This document shows, piece after piece, positions 40,070 through 49,909 of a stretch of DNA of 64,000 bases. The stretch's first letter is position 1, and every line of letters begins with the position of its first letter. Source of the DNA: an uncultured Chitinophagales bacterium. GTDB lineage: Bacteria > Bacteroidota > Bacteroidia > Chitinophagales > UBA8649. The DNA lies in assembly GCA_963932515.1 (NCBI GenBank), contig CAWVRT010000009.1:1208-65207 (forward strand). The letters are read 5' to 3'. A program made the position numbers and the translations under genes. Under the pieces are notes generated by a model. The model searched no databases. It was not told the origin of the DNA and worked only from the letters and a program-made list of their open reading frames with translations.

Positions 40070-40401
40070 TACTTCTTTTACAAAGAAATGCTGGTCAAAA
40101 TCTTTCATTTAAGTTTTTAATAATTTATTAATTTGCTTTATTCTTATCTAATCCTTTATTTTTTTCATTTTTTTCAAAAAAAGTAGAAATCGGCATTATC
40201 ATCTTGTAACTTTTATTCTTACTAGATTTCAATAGTTATATTTTCCGACAACAAACAACTACAAACGAAAATAGTCGTAAGTAAGTATTTTCTAACCGAA
40301 TAACAATTCCTTCCCATCTCATATTTGCATCATCTAATCGATACGAACACAAAATCGGTTTTTTGAAATTTAATATTTAACCATAAATTAAAAAACACAT
40401 T

Positions 40402-40767
40402 ATGAGAAATTTAAGAAACACAGTACAGTTAATTGGAAACGTAGGTAACAATCCAGAATTAAAAACATTTGAAAGCGGAACGAAAAAAACAACATTTTCT
40501 TTAGCAACAAATGAAAGGTTCACAAACGCTAAAGGAGAAAAGGTTGAAGAAACTCAATGGCATAATATAGCTGTCTGGGGGAAAACGGCAGAATTAGTTT
40601 GCAAGCTCTTTACCAAAGGAACAAAAATAGCCATTGAAGGAAAATTGACTTCAAGAAGTTATGATGCAAAAGATGGCACTAAAAAATATATTACAGAAAT
40701 CATTATGAACGAGTTTATGTTTGTTGGCGCTAAGAAGGAAACGAAAACTGAGACTGTTCCGTTTTGA
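40402..40767 (+). CDS. ssb: Single-stranded DNA-binding protein (short form)
   Basis: N.VQLIGNVG..PE, FSLATNE, TQWHN, IEGKL..RSY, C-terminal VPF. Confidence 0.95.
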   Translation: MRNLRNTVQLIGNVGNNPELKTFESGTKKTTFSLATNERFTNAKGEKVEETQWHNIAVWGKTAELVCKLFTKGTKIAIEGKLTSRSYDAKDGTKKYITEIIMNEFMFVGAKKETKTETVPF

Positions 40768-40824
40768 GCTTAATTGGCTATCAGCACAAGTAAAAAAGAA
40801 TAACTTTGTAATCCAATACATTAT

Positions 40825-43257
40825 ATGCAAATAAATAAAGAACTTGAACTCGCTTGGAATTTTGTAGAAAAGACCAATCGAAATATTTTTTTAACAGGAA
40901 AAGCAGGAACAGGTAAAACTACTTTTTTAAGAAAAATTAAAAAAGAATCGAAAAAAAGATTGATTGTTGTAGCGCCTACAGGCGTTGCAGCTATTAATGC
41001 AAAAGGCGTTACGATTCATTCATTTTTTCAGATGCCTTTTGGACCAATTATTCCAGGAGAAAATCAGCAAAGATCTGCTTACAAGTTTAATAAAACTAAA
41101 ATCAATATTATTCGTTCTTTAGACCTTTTGGTTATTGATGAAATTTCAATGGTTAGAGCAGATTTATTAGATGGTATAGATCAGGTTTTAAGAAAATATA
41201 AAAATAGAAACCAAGTATTTGGTGGTGTTCAGTTATTATTAATTGGTGATTTACAACAATTAGCACCTGTTGTTCGCCCCAATGAGTGGGATTTATTACA
41301 AGCTCATTATGAAAATGCATTTTTCTTTAGCTCTCATTCTTATAAATTATCAAATCCAATTGGCATTGAATTAAATCATATCTATAGACAAGATGACGAA
41401 AAATTTATTAAAATATTAAATGAAATTAGAAATAATAATCTTTCGGAACAATCCAGTAAAGTATTAAATGAAAGATTTATACCAGATTTTGAAGCAACAG
41501 AAAAAGACGACTACATCATTCTTACTACTCACAACAACAAAGCAGATAGTTTAAATGACATTGCTTTCAATAAGCTTTCTAATAAAATTGTTTCTTATAA
41601 AGCAACAATTCAAGGAAAATTTCCAGAGTTCTCCTATCCTAGTCAAGAAAACCTTGGTTTAAAAGTTGGCGCGCAAGTGATGTTTACTAAAAACGATAGT
41701 AGCTTTGAAAAAAGGTTTTTCAACGGTAAAATTGGTGAAATAATTTCCTTAGGAGATGATAAATTGACCGTGAAATGTACTGATGGTAATATTACTGTTG
41801 TTCCAGAAACATGGGAAAATGTTAGCTATACTTTAAACAACCTAACGAAAGAAATTGAAGAAAAAAAAGCTGGCTCTTTTACGCAAATTCCTTTAAAATT
41901 GGCTTGGGCAATTACTATACATAAAAGTCAAGGGCTTACTTTTGAAAAAGCTATAATAGACGCCGGTGCATCTTTTGCACATGGCCAAACTTATGTTGCA
42001 CTAAGTAGATGTAAAACTTTAGAAGGTATCGTGTTAAAAACGAAAATAAACCCTAGTAGTATTATTAATGACAATAGAGTACAATCTTTTACGCAAGACA
42101 TTGAAAGTAACATCCCTTCCAAAGATGTTTTAACTAATTCTGAAAAAGGTTATTACCTTAATTTAATTAATGATCTATTTAACTACCAATCATTTTTATA
42201 TCCTAATAAAAGGATGTTAGACATCTTCTATAAAAACAGTAATAGTATAGAAGGAAATATTATTGAAAAGGTTCCTTACATTTTAGAGAACATTGAAAAA
42301 TTAATGAAAATTTCTTTAAGTTTCGATAAACAAATAACCATACTAAGCCATGATATTGAAAACTTAGAAACAGCTGTTTCTATTCAAGAAAGAATTCAAA
42401 AAGGTATTCATTACTTCTTGAATTTTACGAAAGATTTCATTACAAAACCATTGAAAGAGTTAACATTTTCTTCAGAAAATCAAGAAGTAAAGAAAACCAT
42501 AAGATTTCACTTAAAGAACTTTCAAGACGCTTTGAACGTTAAATTGTTTTGTCTAAATGGCATTGAAGGCAATTTTACAACAAGCGCTTATTTACAACTA
42601 AGAGCCGAAGCTGTATTGCAAGATATAAAAACGGAGAAGCCGAAAGGAATATATAACACAACTACTGAGCATCCTGAATTATTAAACTTTTTGGTTGCGT
42701 ACAGAAATTTACAAGCAAACACCTTAGGAATTGAACGACCACAAATTTTTATTCAACGATCTTTATATGAAATGTGTGAAACTTTACCTTGTACTTTATT
42801 TCAATTAAAAATGATTAAAGGAATGGGGAAAGTGAAAGTTGAAAAATATGGAGAAGAAATTATTCAAATAATTATCAATTACTGCCAGAACAATAATATT
42901 ACATTAACACAAGACACCGACAAGCCAAAAAAGGTTTCAAAAGGGGTTTCTCAATTAGTTTCTTTAGAATTATTTAAAGACGGTAAGTCAATTCAAGAAA
43001 TTGCCAAAGAAAGAGAATTAGCAGAAGGTACAATTGTTAGTCATCTAGCTCAGTTTGTCGCAACTGGAGAGTTAGAAGCTATTCAATTAATGAGTGAAGA
43101 TAAATTGCATGAATTGAAGCAATTGATGGAGAATACAAAGTTTGATGGTTTCGGTGAATTGAAAAACAAGATAGCCGCTAAATTTTCTTATGCCGATATT
43201 AAGATTGTTTACAACGGTTTGGAGTATGAGAAATCTTTGAAATTGAAAGAAAAGTAA
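40825..43257 (+). CDS. PIF1-like SF1B helicase with HRDC and C-terminal HTH domains
   Basis: TGKAGTGKTT, APTGVAA, IDEISMV, GDLQQL, LAWAITIHKSQGLT, GQTYVALSR; HRDC-like IKGMGKVKVEKYGEEI; HTH EIAKEREL..GTI..HL. Confidence 0.92.
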   Translation: MQINKELELAWNFVEKTNRNIFLTGKAGTGKTTFLRKIKKESKKRLIVVAPTGVAAINAKGVTIHSFFQMPFGPIIPGENQQRSAYKFNKTKINIIRSLDLLVIDEISMVRADLLDGIDQVLRKYKNRNQVFGGVQLLLIGDLQQLAPVVRPNEWDLLQAHYENAFFFSSHSYKLSNPIGIELNHIYRQDDEKFIKILNEIRNNNLSEQSSKVLNERFIPDFEATEKDDYIILTTHNNKADSLNDIAFNKLSNKIVSYKATIQGKFPEFSYPSQENLGLKVGAQVMFTKNDSSFEKRFFNGKIGEIISLGDDKLTVKCTDGNITVVPETWENVSYTLNNLTKEIEEKKAGSFTQIPLKLAWAITIHKSQGLTFEKAIIDAGASFAHGQTYVALSRCKTLEGIVLKTKINPSSIINDNRVQSFTQDIESNIPSKDVLTNSEKGYYLNLINDLFNYQSFLYPNKRMLDIFYKNSNSIEGNIIEKVPYILENIEKLMKISLSFDKQITILSHDIENLETAVSIQERIQKGIHYFLNFTKDFITKPLKELTFSSENQEVKKTIRFHLKNFQDALNVKLFCLNGIEGNFTTSAYLQLRAEAVLQDIKTEKPKGIYNTTTEHPELLNFLVAYRNLQANTLGIERPQIFIQRSLYEMCETLPCTLFQLKMIKGMGKVKVEKYGEEIIQIIINYCQNNNITLTQDTDKPKKVSKGVSQLVSLELFKDGKSIQEIAKERELAEGTIVSHLAQFVATGELEAIQLMSEDKLHELKQLMENTKFDGFGELKNKIAAKFSYADIKIVYNGLEYEKSLKLKEK

Positions 43258-43321
43258 TAAAGATTTTCTGCTTATCGATACTATCCATTAAAATCCTTAA
43301 ATTTGCTTTCTAACTTCAACT

Positions 43322-44041
43322 ATGGAACTTACAAGACTTAATAAAGCAATTGCAGCAACGGGACATTGTTCAAGAAGGCAAGCCGATAAACTAATAGAAT
43401 TGGGTGTCGTAAAAATCAATGGTAATGATGTTGTTTTGGGCGATAAAATTGGACCTGAAGATATAATTAGTGTACAAGGTAAAGTTATTACCAAAGAAGC
43501 AAAAGCAGTTTACTTAATCTTCAATAAGCCAAAAGGAATTACTTGTACTACCGATTTAAGAGTTGAAGGGAATATTATTGATTACATAAATTATCCTACA
43601 AGGATTTATCCTATTGGTCGTTTAGACAAACCTAGTGAAGGATTAATCTTCTTAACTAATGATGGTGATATTGTCAATAAAATTTTAAGATCTAGAAATA
43701 ATCACGAAAAAGAGTATATCGTTTCTGTAGACCAAAGACTAACCAACGATTTTTTACATAAAATGAGAAATGGCGTCCATATCTTAGATACAATAACTAA
43801 AAATTGTGAAGTTGAAGCCATTAATGAGCGAACTTTCAGTATTATACTTACACAAGGCTTAAATCGTCAAATTAGAAGAATGTGTGAGGAATTAGACTAT
43901 AATGTAACGCGTTTAAGCAGAAAAAGAATTATCAATATAGACTTAGGTGATTTAAAAGCTGGAGAATATCGTGAATTTGAACCTGCAGAATTAGCAGAGC
44001 TTAAAAGTTTGGTTTCCGAGTCGAAGAAAACGATTGATTAA
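43322..44041 (+). CDS. rluF: 23S rRNA pseudouridine synthase (RluF-like)
   Basis: S4 domain (CSRRQAD), IGRLDKPSEGL, QGLNRQIRRMCE. Confidence 0.88.
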   Translation: MELTRLNKAIAATGHCSRRQADKLIELGVVKINGNDVVLGDKIGPEDIISVQGKVITKEAKAVYLIFNKPKGITCTTDLRVEGNIIDYINYPTRIYPIGRLDKPSEGLIFLTNDGDIVNKILRSRNNHEKEYIVSVDQRLTNDFLHKMRNGVHILDTITKNCEVEAINERTFSIILTQGLNRQIRRMCEELDYNVTRLSRKRIINIDLGDLKAGEYREFEPAELAELKSLVSESKKTID

Positions 44042-44067
44042 CAGAATAAAAAAAGGACTAAAAACAA

Positions 44068-44097
44068 AAAACCCAAACAAAATATTGTTTGGGTTTT
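44068..44097. terminator. Bidirectional terminator between rluF and tRNA-Lys
   Basis: AAAACCCAAACAA-AATA-TTGTTTGGGTTTT perfect hairpin between convergent genes. Confidence 0.8.
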
Positions 44098-44100
44098 CTT

Positions 44101-44176
44101 TGGTGAGACAGCTGGGGTTCGAACCCAGGACCCTATCCTTAAAAGGGATATGCTCTACCAGCTGAGCTACTATCTC
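44101..44176 (-). tRNA. tRNA-Lys(TTT)
   Basis: Reverse complement GAGATAG TAGCTCAGCTGGTAGAGCA TATCC CTTTTAA GGATA GGGTC CTGGG TTCGAAC CCCAG CTGTCTC ACCA folds into a cloverleaf with anticodon TTT and encoded CCA. Confidence 0.97.
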
Positions 44177-44293
44177 TCCGCTTTAATTCAAAAAGTTTTA
44201 AGTTTTTACACCATCTTTTTGCGTTAAAGGACTGCAAAGATATACAGCTTTTCATTATTTACAAATCTTTTTTAAAAAACTTTATTTTTTTTT

Positions 44294-45529
44294 TCAAGAA
44301 AATAATATTCTTAAATAAAACATTGGATTTTTTAGCTTTTCTCGAACGTCTACACTTTCAAACATACAAGAAATTAACTCTTGCAATTCCTTGTTTTTCA
44401 TAGCTTTATTTACTACAAAATTGAATAACCAAGGATATTTTGTTAACTCTTGCATCTTTTTACTTAATGCCAACTCACTTCCCAATCTTTTATAAAGTAC
44501 TTTATCGTAATCTTTTAAATATGCTGCAGAAAAATTATCCGTAATTAAACTTTTTTCTATTTGATCTGCGGCTAACATTCCTGAAATCATAGCGTTCCCT
44601 ATCCCTTCTCCGGTAAAAGGATCAATCAAAGCTGCAGCATCTCCAATAAGTATTAAATTATCGGTAGATAGTTCTCTTTTTTTACTTCCTAATGGCAAAC
44701 CAAAAAGTTTAACATCATCTGCAATTTCTGCATACTGAAATCTTTTAGAAATTTCTGGATGATTTTCAATAATATCTATAAAAGATTTTTTGATATTCAT
44801 CTTGCTTTTTCTCATCAAATCCGTTCGAATACCCACACCTACATTTGCCACACCATTCGCCATGGGGAAAATCCAAAAATAACCTGGTAATAATTCTTTC
44901 AAGAAATGCAATTCTATATAACCTTCTTTATCTAAACCACTTACATTCTTATAATAAGTCCTAAGTCCTAAAGAGTTTGAATCATCTTCTACATTTAAAT
45001 TTAATAATTCCTTTGCCAGTTTTGAATATGCCCCATTGGCAACTACCAAAATTTTTGAGTCTATTTCAAAACTTCTATCTTTCGTAGCACAAACAATCGA
45101 ATCTTCTTTTCGCTCAAACACTGTTAAATTTTTTTCTTCTATAATTTCTATCAATTCGTTTTCCTTTGCTTTTTCGAACAAGAAATTATCAAAATCCATT
45201 CTGGATGCTATAAAACCTGGCGCTTTATCTGTAGAAGAATTATAATTTAATTTGAAAGGAACTTTTAACTCATTGTTTTCTGTACCAAAAAATTTGACAC
45301 CCCAAGAAGCTAATTGAAATTTTTGAGAAACGACCTCTTGCTCAAACTCCAGGTCTAATTTTCTTAAAACCCAGGAAACTTTCCCACTAAAAGCGTCACC
45401 ACAAATTTTATCTCTAGGGAATTTAGATTTTTCAATTATAGTAGAAGGAATTCCTTTTTTCGCTAAGAATAAAGCGGTAACAATACCACCCGGGCCAGCT
45501 CCAACTATGCAAATCTTTCGTTTCAACAT
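44294..45529 (-). CDS. Geranylgeranyl reductase family FAD-dependent oxidoreductase
   Basis: IVGAGPGG, FPRDKICGD, PGYFWIFP, IGDAAALIDPFTGEGIGNAM. Confidence 0.9.
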   Translation of the reverse strand: MLKRKICIVGAGPGGIVTALFLAKKGIPSTIIEKSKFPRDKICGDAFSGKVSWVLRKLDLEFEQEVVSQKFQLASWGVKFFGTENNELKVPFKLNYNSSTDKAPGFIASRMDFDNFLFEKAKENELIEIIEEKNLTVFERKEDSIVCATKDRSFEIDSKILVVANGAYSKLAKELLNLNVEDDSNSLGLRTYYKNVSGLDKEGYIELHFLKELLPGYFWIFPMANGVANVGVGIRTDLMRKSKMNIKKSFIDIIENHPEISKRFQYAEIADDVKLFGLPLGSKKRELSTDNLILIGDAAALIDPFTGEGIGNAMISGMLAADQIEKSLITDNFSAAYLKDYDKVLYKRLGSELALSKKMQELTKYPWLFNFVVNKAMKNKELQELISCMFESVDVREKLKNPMFYLRILFS

Positions 45530-45796
45530 TAAAAAAATATATTTATTCCCTTCAACTTTTCTAAGAAAAGTATTTCTGTTTGCAAACTGATTGTTCGACC
45601 AACTAACTTGCCTTCAAAAGGTTTACTGTAATTATAGTCTAGAATGTTTTCCATAAAAATATCTGCTATTTATGCTACAAAGAGAGGTGTGAATTGTTTC
45701 ATTATAACACAAAGTCAATCAAGGAATATACCAAGTTGAAATTTAAACGAATAAAATTAATGTTAAAGTATATTCATTTCTGAATTAAGGAATATT

Positions 45797-46129
45797 TTAA
45801 CCTTTTTTCTTCACCATATAAGATTTCTCTTTCAAAAAATCAACAATTTTATCTCTAAAATCTCCTTGAATAATAATTTCTTCATTTTTAGCTGTTCCAC
45901 CAACACCACAAAGGTTTTTAAGCTTTTTTGCTAACTCTTTTAAATCAGTAACAGTTCCAACAAAACCTTCAATAAGCGTAACAGCTTTTCCTTTTCTATT
46001 TCTTTTATCTAAGGAAACATATAATTTTTGTTCAGCATTCTCTAAAGTCTCTTGATCTTCATTAAACTCCTCATATTCAAAGTCAGGGTTTGTAGAATAC
46101 ATTACTCCTTTTCTATCTTTCTTTGCCAT
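45797..46129 (-). CDS. yciH: Translation initiation factor SUI1/YciH
   Basis: YSTNPDF, RKGKAVTLI, CGVGGTAK...IIIQGD.R. Confidence 0.92.
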   Translation of the reverse strand: MAKKDRKGVMYSTNPDFEYEEFNEDQETLENAEQKLYVSLDKRNRKGKAVTLIEGFVGTVTDLKELAKKLKNLCGVGGTAKNEEIIIQGDFRDKIVDFLKEKSYMVKKKG

Positions 46130-46137
46130 AACTTTCT

Positions 46138-47043
46138 TTATAGTTTTTTCAACGCCTTAGGCACAAATAAATTTAATGCCTTTTCTTTAATTTCCATTAT
46201 AAAATTTTGGCTTGTCATTAAAGAATCACCATCTACTTGTATAATTCTTTTTCCTTCAGAAACTATTTCTATTTTTCTAACAGAATGGAATTCTGCTTCC
46301 TTTAACCAATAGATTTTTTTTATTAATCCCAATAAAATCAAAATAGGCATTTTCCAAGTAGGAACACTTTTCACAAAAACCACATCAAATAAGCCATCTT
46401 GCAAAGATGCTTTGGTCGCAAAACCTTGGTTATAGCCAAAATATTTAGAATTAAAAGCTGTAAACAAATAAATGTTCTCTTCTCTTTCTACCCCATCTAA
46501 ATAAAATTTTACTCTATTATTTTTTGACCTGTATTTTGCCAATATTTCTTTATGTAAAGCCCAAGTGTAAGAAAAAAAGCCTCTTAGAGAATGATGACGA
46601 TAAGTTCTTGCCACAGCAGCCTCTAAGCCAATACCTGCACAACTTATAAAAGAACCATAATTGGTTTTACCGACATCAATTTTTTCAATTCTGCATTCAT
46701 TTAATGCCAAAATAGCTTTTCTAGCGTTTCTTAAAGGTAATTTTAAATGGGTAGCAAATCCGTTACCAGAACCCATGGGCAATATTCCTAAAACAATATC
46801 TGTATCTATTAACGATTCTGCCACTTCATTGATAGATCCATCACCACCAACAGCTACTACAATATCGTAACCTTCTGCGACAGCATCTTTAGCTATAAAA
46901 GTTGCATGGCCTGAACGCTCGGTATATTTTAGCGTATATTCAAACTTGTTTAAGTCTAAATTTTGTTCAATTAATTCTGGCAATTTTGCCTTCTTCTGAA
47001 CGCCTGAAATTGGGTTTATTATAAAAAGAATTTTATTTTTCAT
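46138..47043 (-). CDS. YegS/DAGK family lipid kinase
   Basis: IINPISG, AVGGDGSINEV, GILPMGSGNGFA. Start moved to ATG 47043, downstream of TAGCTTTG. Confidence 0.9.
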   Translation of the reverse strand: MKNKILFIINPISGVQKKAKLPELIEQNLDLNKFEYTLKYTERSGHATFIAKDAVAEGYDIVVAVGGDGSINEVAESLIDTDIVLGILPMGSGNGFATHLKLPLRNARKAILALNECRIEKIDVGKTNYGSFISCAGIGLEAAVARTYRHHSLRGFFSYTWALHKEILAKYRSKNNRVKFYLDGVEREENIYLFTAFNSKYFGYNQGFATKASLQDGLFDVVFVKSVPTWKMPILILLGLIKKIYWLKEAEFHSVRKIEIVSEGKRIIQVDGDSLMTSQNFIMEIKEKALNLFVPKALKKL

Positions 47044-47275
47044 CTTATGTTTTAAGAAAGGCAAAGCTAAGAAAAAAAGTGCTTATTTATAAACAATCAT
47101 TATCTTTCATTAAACTAATGGCTTTTAAATCTTCCTTATTTGATAAATAATGGCTGTAAACTAGGTTTAGTTGGTAAAGTATTTATCATTATAAGGAATA
47201 CTCATTTTTGAAAAAACTTAATTACGCAATACCCATATAAAAATCAAGTAGGAATATATACCTTTACACGCTCAA

Positions 47276-48592
47276 ATGCACTACGATAAAAAAATAGCTT
47301 ATTACACCTTAGGTTGTAAATTAAATTTCTCAGAAACTTCTAGCATAAGCAGATCTATGTCAGATTTGGGTTATGGTAAAGTAGATTTTGAAGAAACAGC
47401 AGATGTTTATATTATAAACACCTGCTCCGTAACAGAGAATGCCGATAAAAAGTGTAAAACACTTGTTAGGCAAATAAAAAAACGTGCTTCTGAAAGTAAA
47501 GTGATTATTATTGGTTGCTATGCTCAATTAAAACCAAAGTCTATTGCAGAAATAACTGGTGTTGATTTAGTATTGGGAGCCAATGAAAAATTCAATATTG
47601 ATAAGCATTTACCTTTATTAGAAAATCAAGAAAAAAGTTTAGTTTTTGCTAACGAAATTAAAGAAGTCGGATTCTTTCAAGGTTCTTATTCTCAAGGAGA
47701 GCGTACACGTTCGTTCTTGAAAATTCAAGATGGCTGCGATTATTTTTGTTCTTTTTGCACCATTCCGCTTGCAAGAGGAAAAAGTAGAAGCTCTTCTATA
47801 GAAAAGACGCTTACTTTAGCCAATAAAGTAGCTACTACTGGCGTCAAAGAAATAGTAATAACAGGGGTGAATATTGGTGATTTTGGGAAAGTTGAATCTG
47901 GAAAAAACCGGAGCTCAGAAAACTTTACGCAGCTAGTTTATGCATTTGACAAAGTTCCTAATATAGAACGATGGCGAATATCTTCTATTGAGCCAAATCT
48001 ATTAACGAATGAAATTATCGATTTTGTTTCAGCGTCAAATCATTTTGTTCCTCATTTCCATATTCCCTTACAGTCTGGTTCTGACAAGCTATTAAAATTA
48101 ATGAGAAGAAAATATTTGTCTAACTTATATGTAGAAAAAGTAGAACGAATAAAATCTATTATGTCGCATTGTTGTATAGGTGTGGATGTTATCGTTGGTT
48201 TACCTGGAGAAACAGAAGAAGAATTTTTAATTACTTATAATTTATTAAAAGATTTAGAAGTTTCTTATTTACATGTTTTCACTTATTCTGAAAGAACCAA
48301 TACAAAAGCTTTAGAGATTAAACCAATTGTTCCTATGAATATTCGTAGAGAAAGAAGCAAGATGCTTAGAAGTTTATCAATCAAAAAGAAAAGAGTTTTT
48401 TACGAAAAATTTGTTGGCACTACAAGAAAAGTATTATTCGAATCAGCAGATGAAGAAGGTCAGATTACTGGATTTACAGACAATTACATAAAAGTTCAAA
48501 TTCCTTTTCAAGAAGGTTTAGAAAATGAAATTGTGCCTGTTCACCTAAAAGAAATTTCAAGATTAGGAAATATGATTGGAGAAATTTGTTAA
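47276..48592 (+). CDS. mtaB: tRNA t6A37 methylthiotransferase
   Basis: TLGCKLNFSE, INTCSVT, radical SAM motif CDYFCSFC. Confidence 0.95.
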   Translation: MHYDKKIAYYTLGCKLNFSETSSISRSMSDLGYGKVDFEETADVYIINTCSVTENADKKCKTLVRQIKKRASESKVIIIGCYAQLKPKSIAEITGVDLVLGANEKFNIDKHLPLLENQEKSLVFANEIKEVGFFQGSYSQGERTRSFLKIQDGCDYFCSFCTIPLARGKSRSSSIEKTLTLANKVATTGVKEIVITGVNIGDFGKVESGKNRSSENFTQLVYAFDKVPNIERWRISSIEPNLLTNEIIDFVSASNHFVPHFHIPLQSGSDKLLKLMRRKYLSNLYVEKVERIKSIMSHCCIGVDVIVGLPGETEEEFLITYNLLKDLEVSYLHVFTYSERTNTKALEIKPIVPMNIRRERSKMLRSLSIKKKRVFYEKFVGTTRKVLFESADEEGQITGFTDNYIKVQIPFQEGLENEIVPVHLKEISRLGNMIGEIC

Positions 48593-48689
48593 TATTTTTT
48601 AACGATATTCCATCCATTTTTAAATTAAATATTACTTTAAATCATTAATTAGACTTAAATTGCAGTTTAATTAAAACTCACTATAAAAT

Positions 48690-49898
48690 ATGTTACTAAG
48701 AGCATTCGCTACAATACCTGATTTTATAAATTCATTAATTGGAACTAGTATTCCAAGATTTCCGATTAATACCTATGGCTTTTTTGTTGCTTTAGGTTTT
48801 ATTATTGCTGCTTACTTCTCTACCAAAGAACTAAAAAGAAAAGAAGGCATTGGTCTTTTAAAAGGTATTGAAAAAAAAGAAACAATTGGTTCAAAAGCAA
48901 ATGTATTAGATTTGTTAATTCCATTACTTATTGGTGGGTTTTTTGGTCTAAAAATTGGTGGAGTATTCGATAATGGTTTAGCTCTAATTACCTGCCAGCA
49001 ACAAGCACTTTCTTACCTTTTTTCTTTAGACGGTAATATGATTTTCGCTATAATATTTGGTTTGGCTTATGCTATTTTTACTTATTGGGATATCAATAGA
49101 AAATCTTTAGAAAACCCTATTACTAAAAAAATAATATTAAGACCACACGAACAAATAGGAACACTCGTAATGGTTGCTGCTATTACAGGTGTATTAGGTT
49201 CTAATATATTTGACATGTTTCAACCAGGAAATGAGGTGCAAAATATCTTTAAAGATCCTACTGTTTTATTTAGTGGTTTATCTATTTATGGTGGATTGTT
49301 TTTTGGTGCTATTGGCGTTGTATTGTTTGCAAAAAGAGCTAAAATGGGTCCACTTATACTAATAGATGCCATAGCAGCACCGTATGCACTAGCTTCTGGA
49401 ATTGGTCGTCTAGGTTGTCATTTTTCTGGAGATGGCGATTGGGGAATTGCAAACCTTTCAAAAGCTCCAAGTTGGATTCCTGAATATTTTTGGTCTAACA
49501 CTTATGCATATAATGTAATTAATGAAGGAAAAGAAATTACAGATTGCACTGCTCAAAATATTTCTGGTTGTGGCGGAGATTATTGTTATGAATTAACAAC
49601 AGGTGTTTGGCCAACTTCTATTTATGAGTTTATAATGTTTGTAATCATTTTTATTTTTACTTGGTCTATTAGAAAGAAATTTTCTTTTGCGCCTGGCTTC
49701 TTAATCTTTGTTGTTTTATTATTGAACGGTGTAGAAAGATTCTTTATAGAAACTATCAGAGTAACTAAACGCTATGAAAGCTTCTTTAACTTAACGCAAG
49801 CACAAATAATTTCAATTGCTTTAATAGTTGGAAGTTTAGCTGGAATGGCTTATTTGTGGAATAAACATAAAGAAGACATTAAAAAAACATCATTCTAA
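48690..49898 (+). CDS. lgt: Prolipoprotein diacylglyceryl transferase
   Basis: TYGFFVA, GLSIYGG, IGRLGC..SGDG, PTSIYE, ERFFIE.IR. Confidence 0.93.
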   Translation: MLLRAFATIPDFINSLIGTSIPRFPINTYGFFVALGFIIAAYFSTKELKRKEGIGLLKGIEKKETIGSKANVLDLLIPLLIGGFFGLKIGGVFDNGLALITCQQQALSYLFSLDGNMIFAIIFGLAYAIFTYWDINRKSLENPITKKIILRPHEQIGTLVMVAAITGVLGSNIFDMFQPGNEVQNIFKDPTVLFSGLSIYGGLFFGAIGVVLFAKRAKMGPLILIDAIAAPYALASGIGRLGCHFSGDGDWGIANLSKAPSWIPEYFWSNTYAYNVINEGKEITDCTAQNISGCGGDYCYELTTGVWPTSIYEFIMFVIIFIFTWSIRKKFSFAPGFLIFVVLLLNGVERFFIETIRVTKRYESFFNLTQAQIISIALIVGSLAGMAYLWNKHKEDIKKTSF

Positions 49899-49909
49899 TA
49901 AATTAAAAT

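Noticed and set aside
44041-44300. tRNA-Lys as an integration site for a genomic island
   Set aside because: No integrase and no duplicated tRNA 3' end seen; flanking genes are housekeeping.
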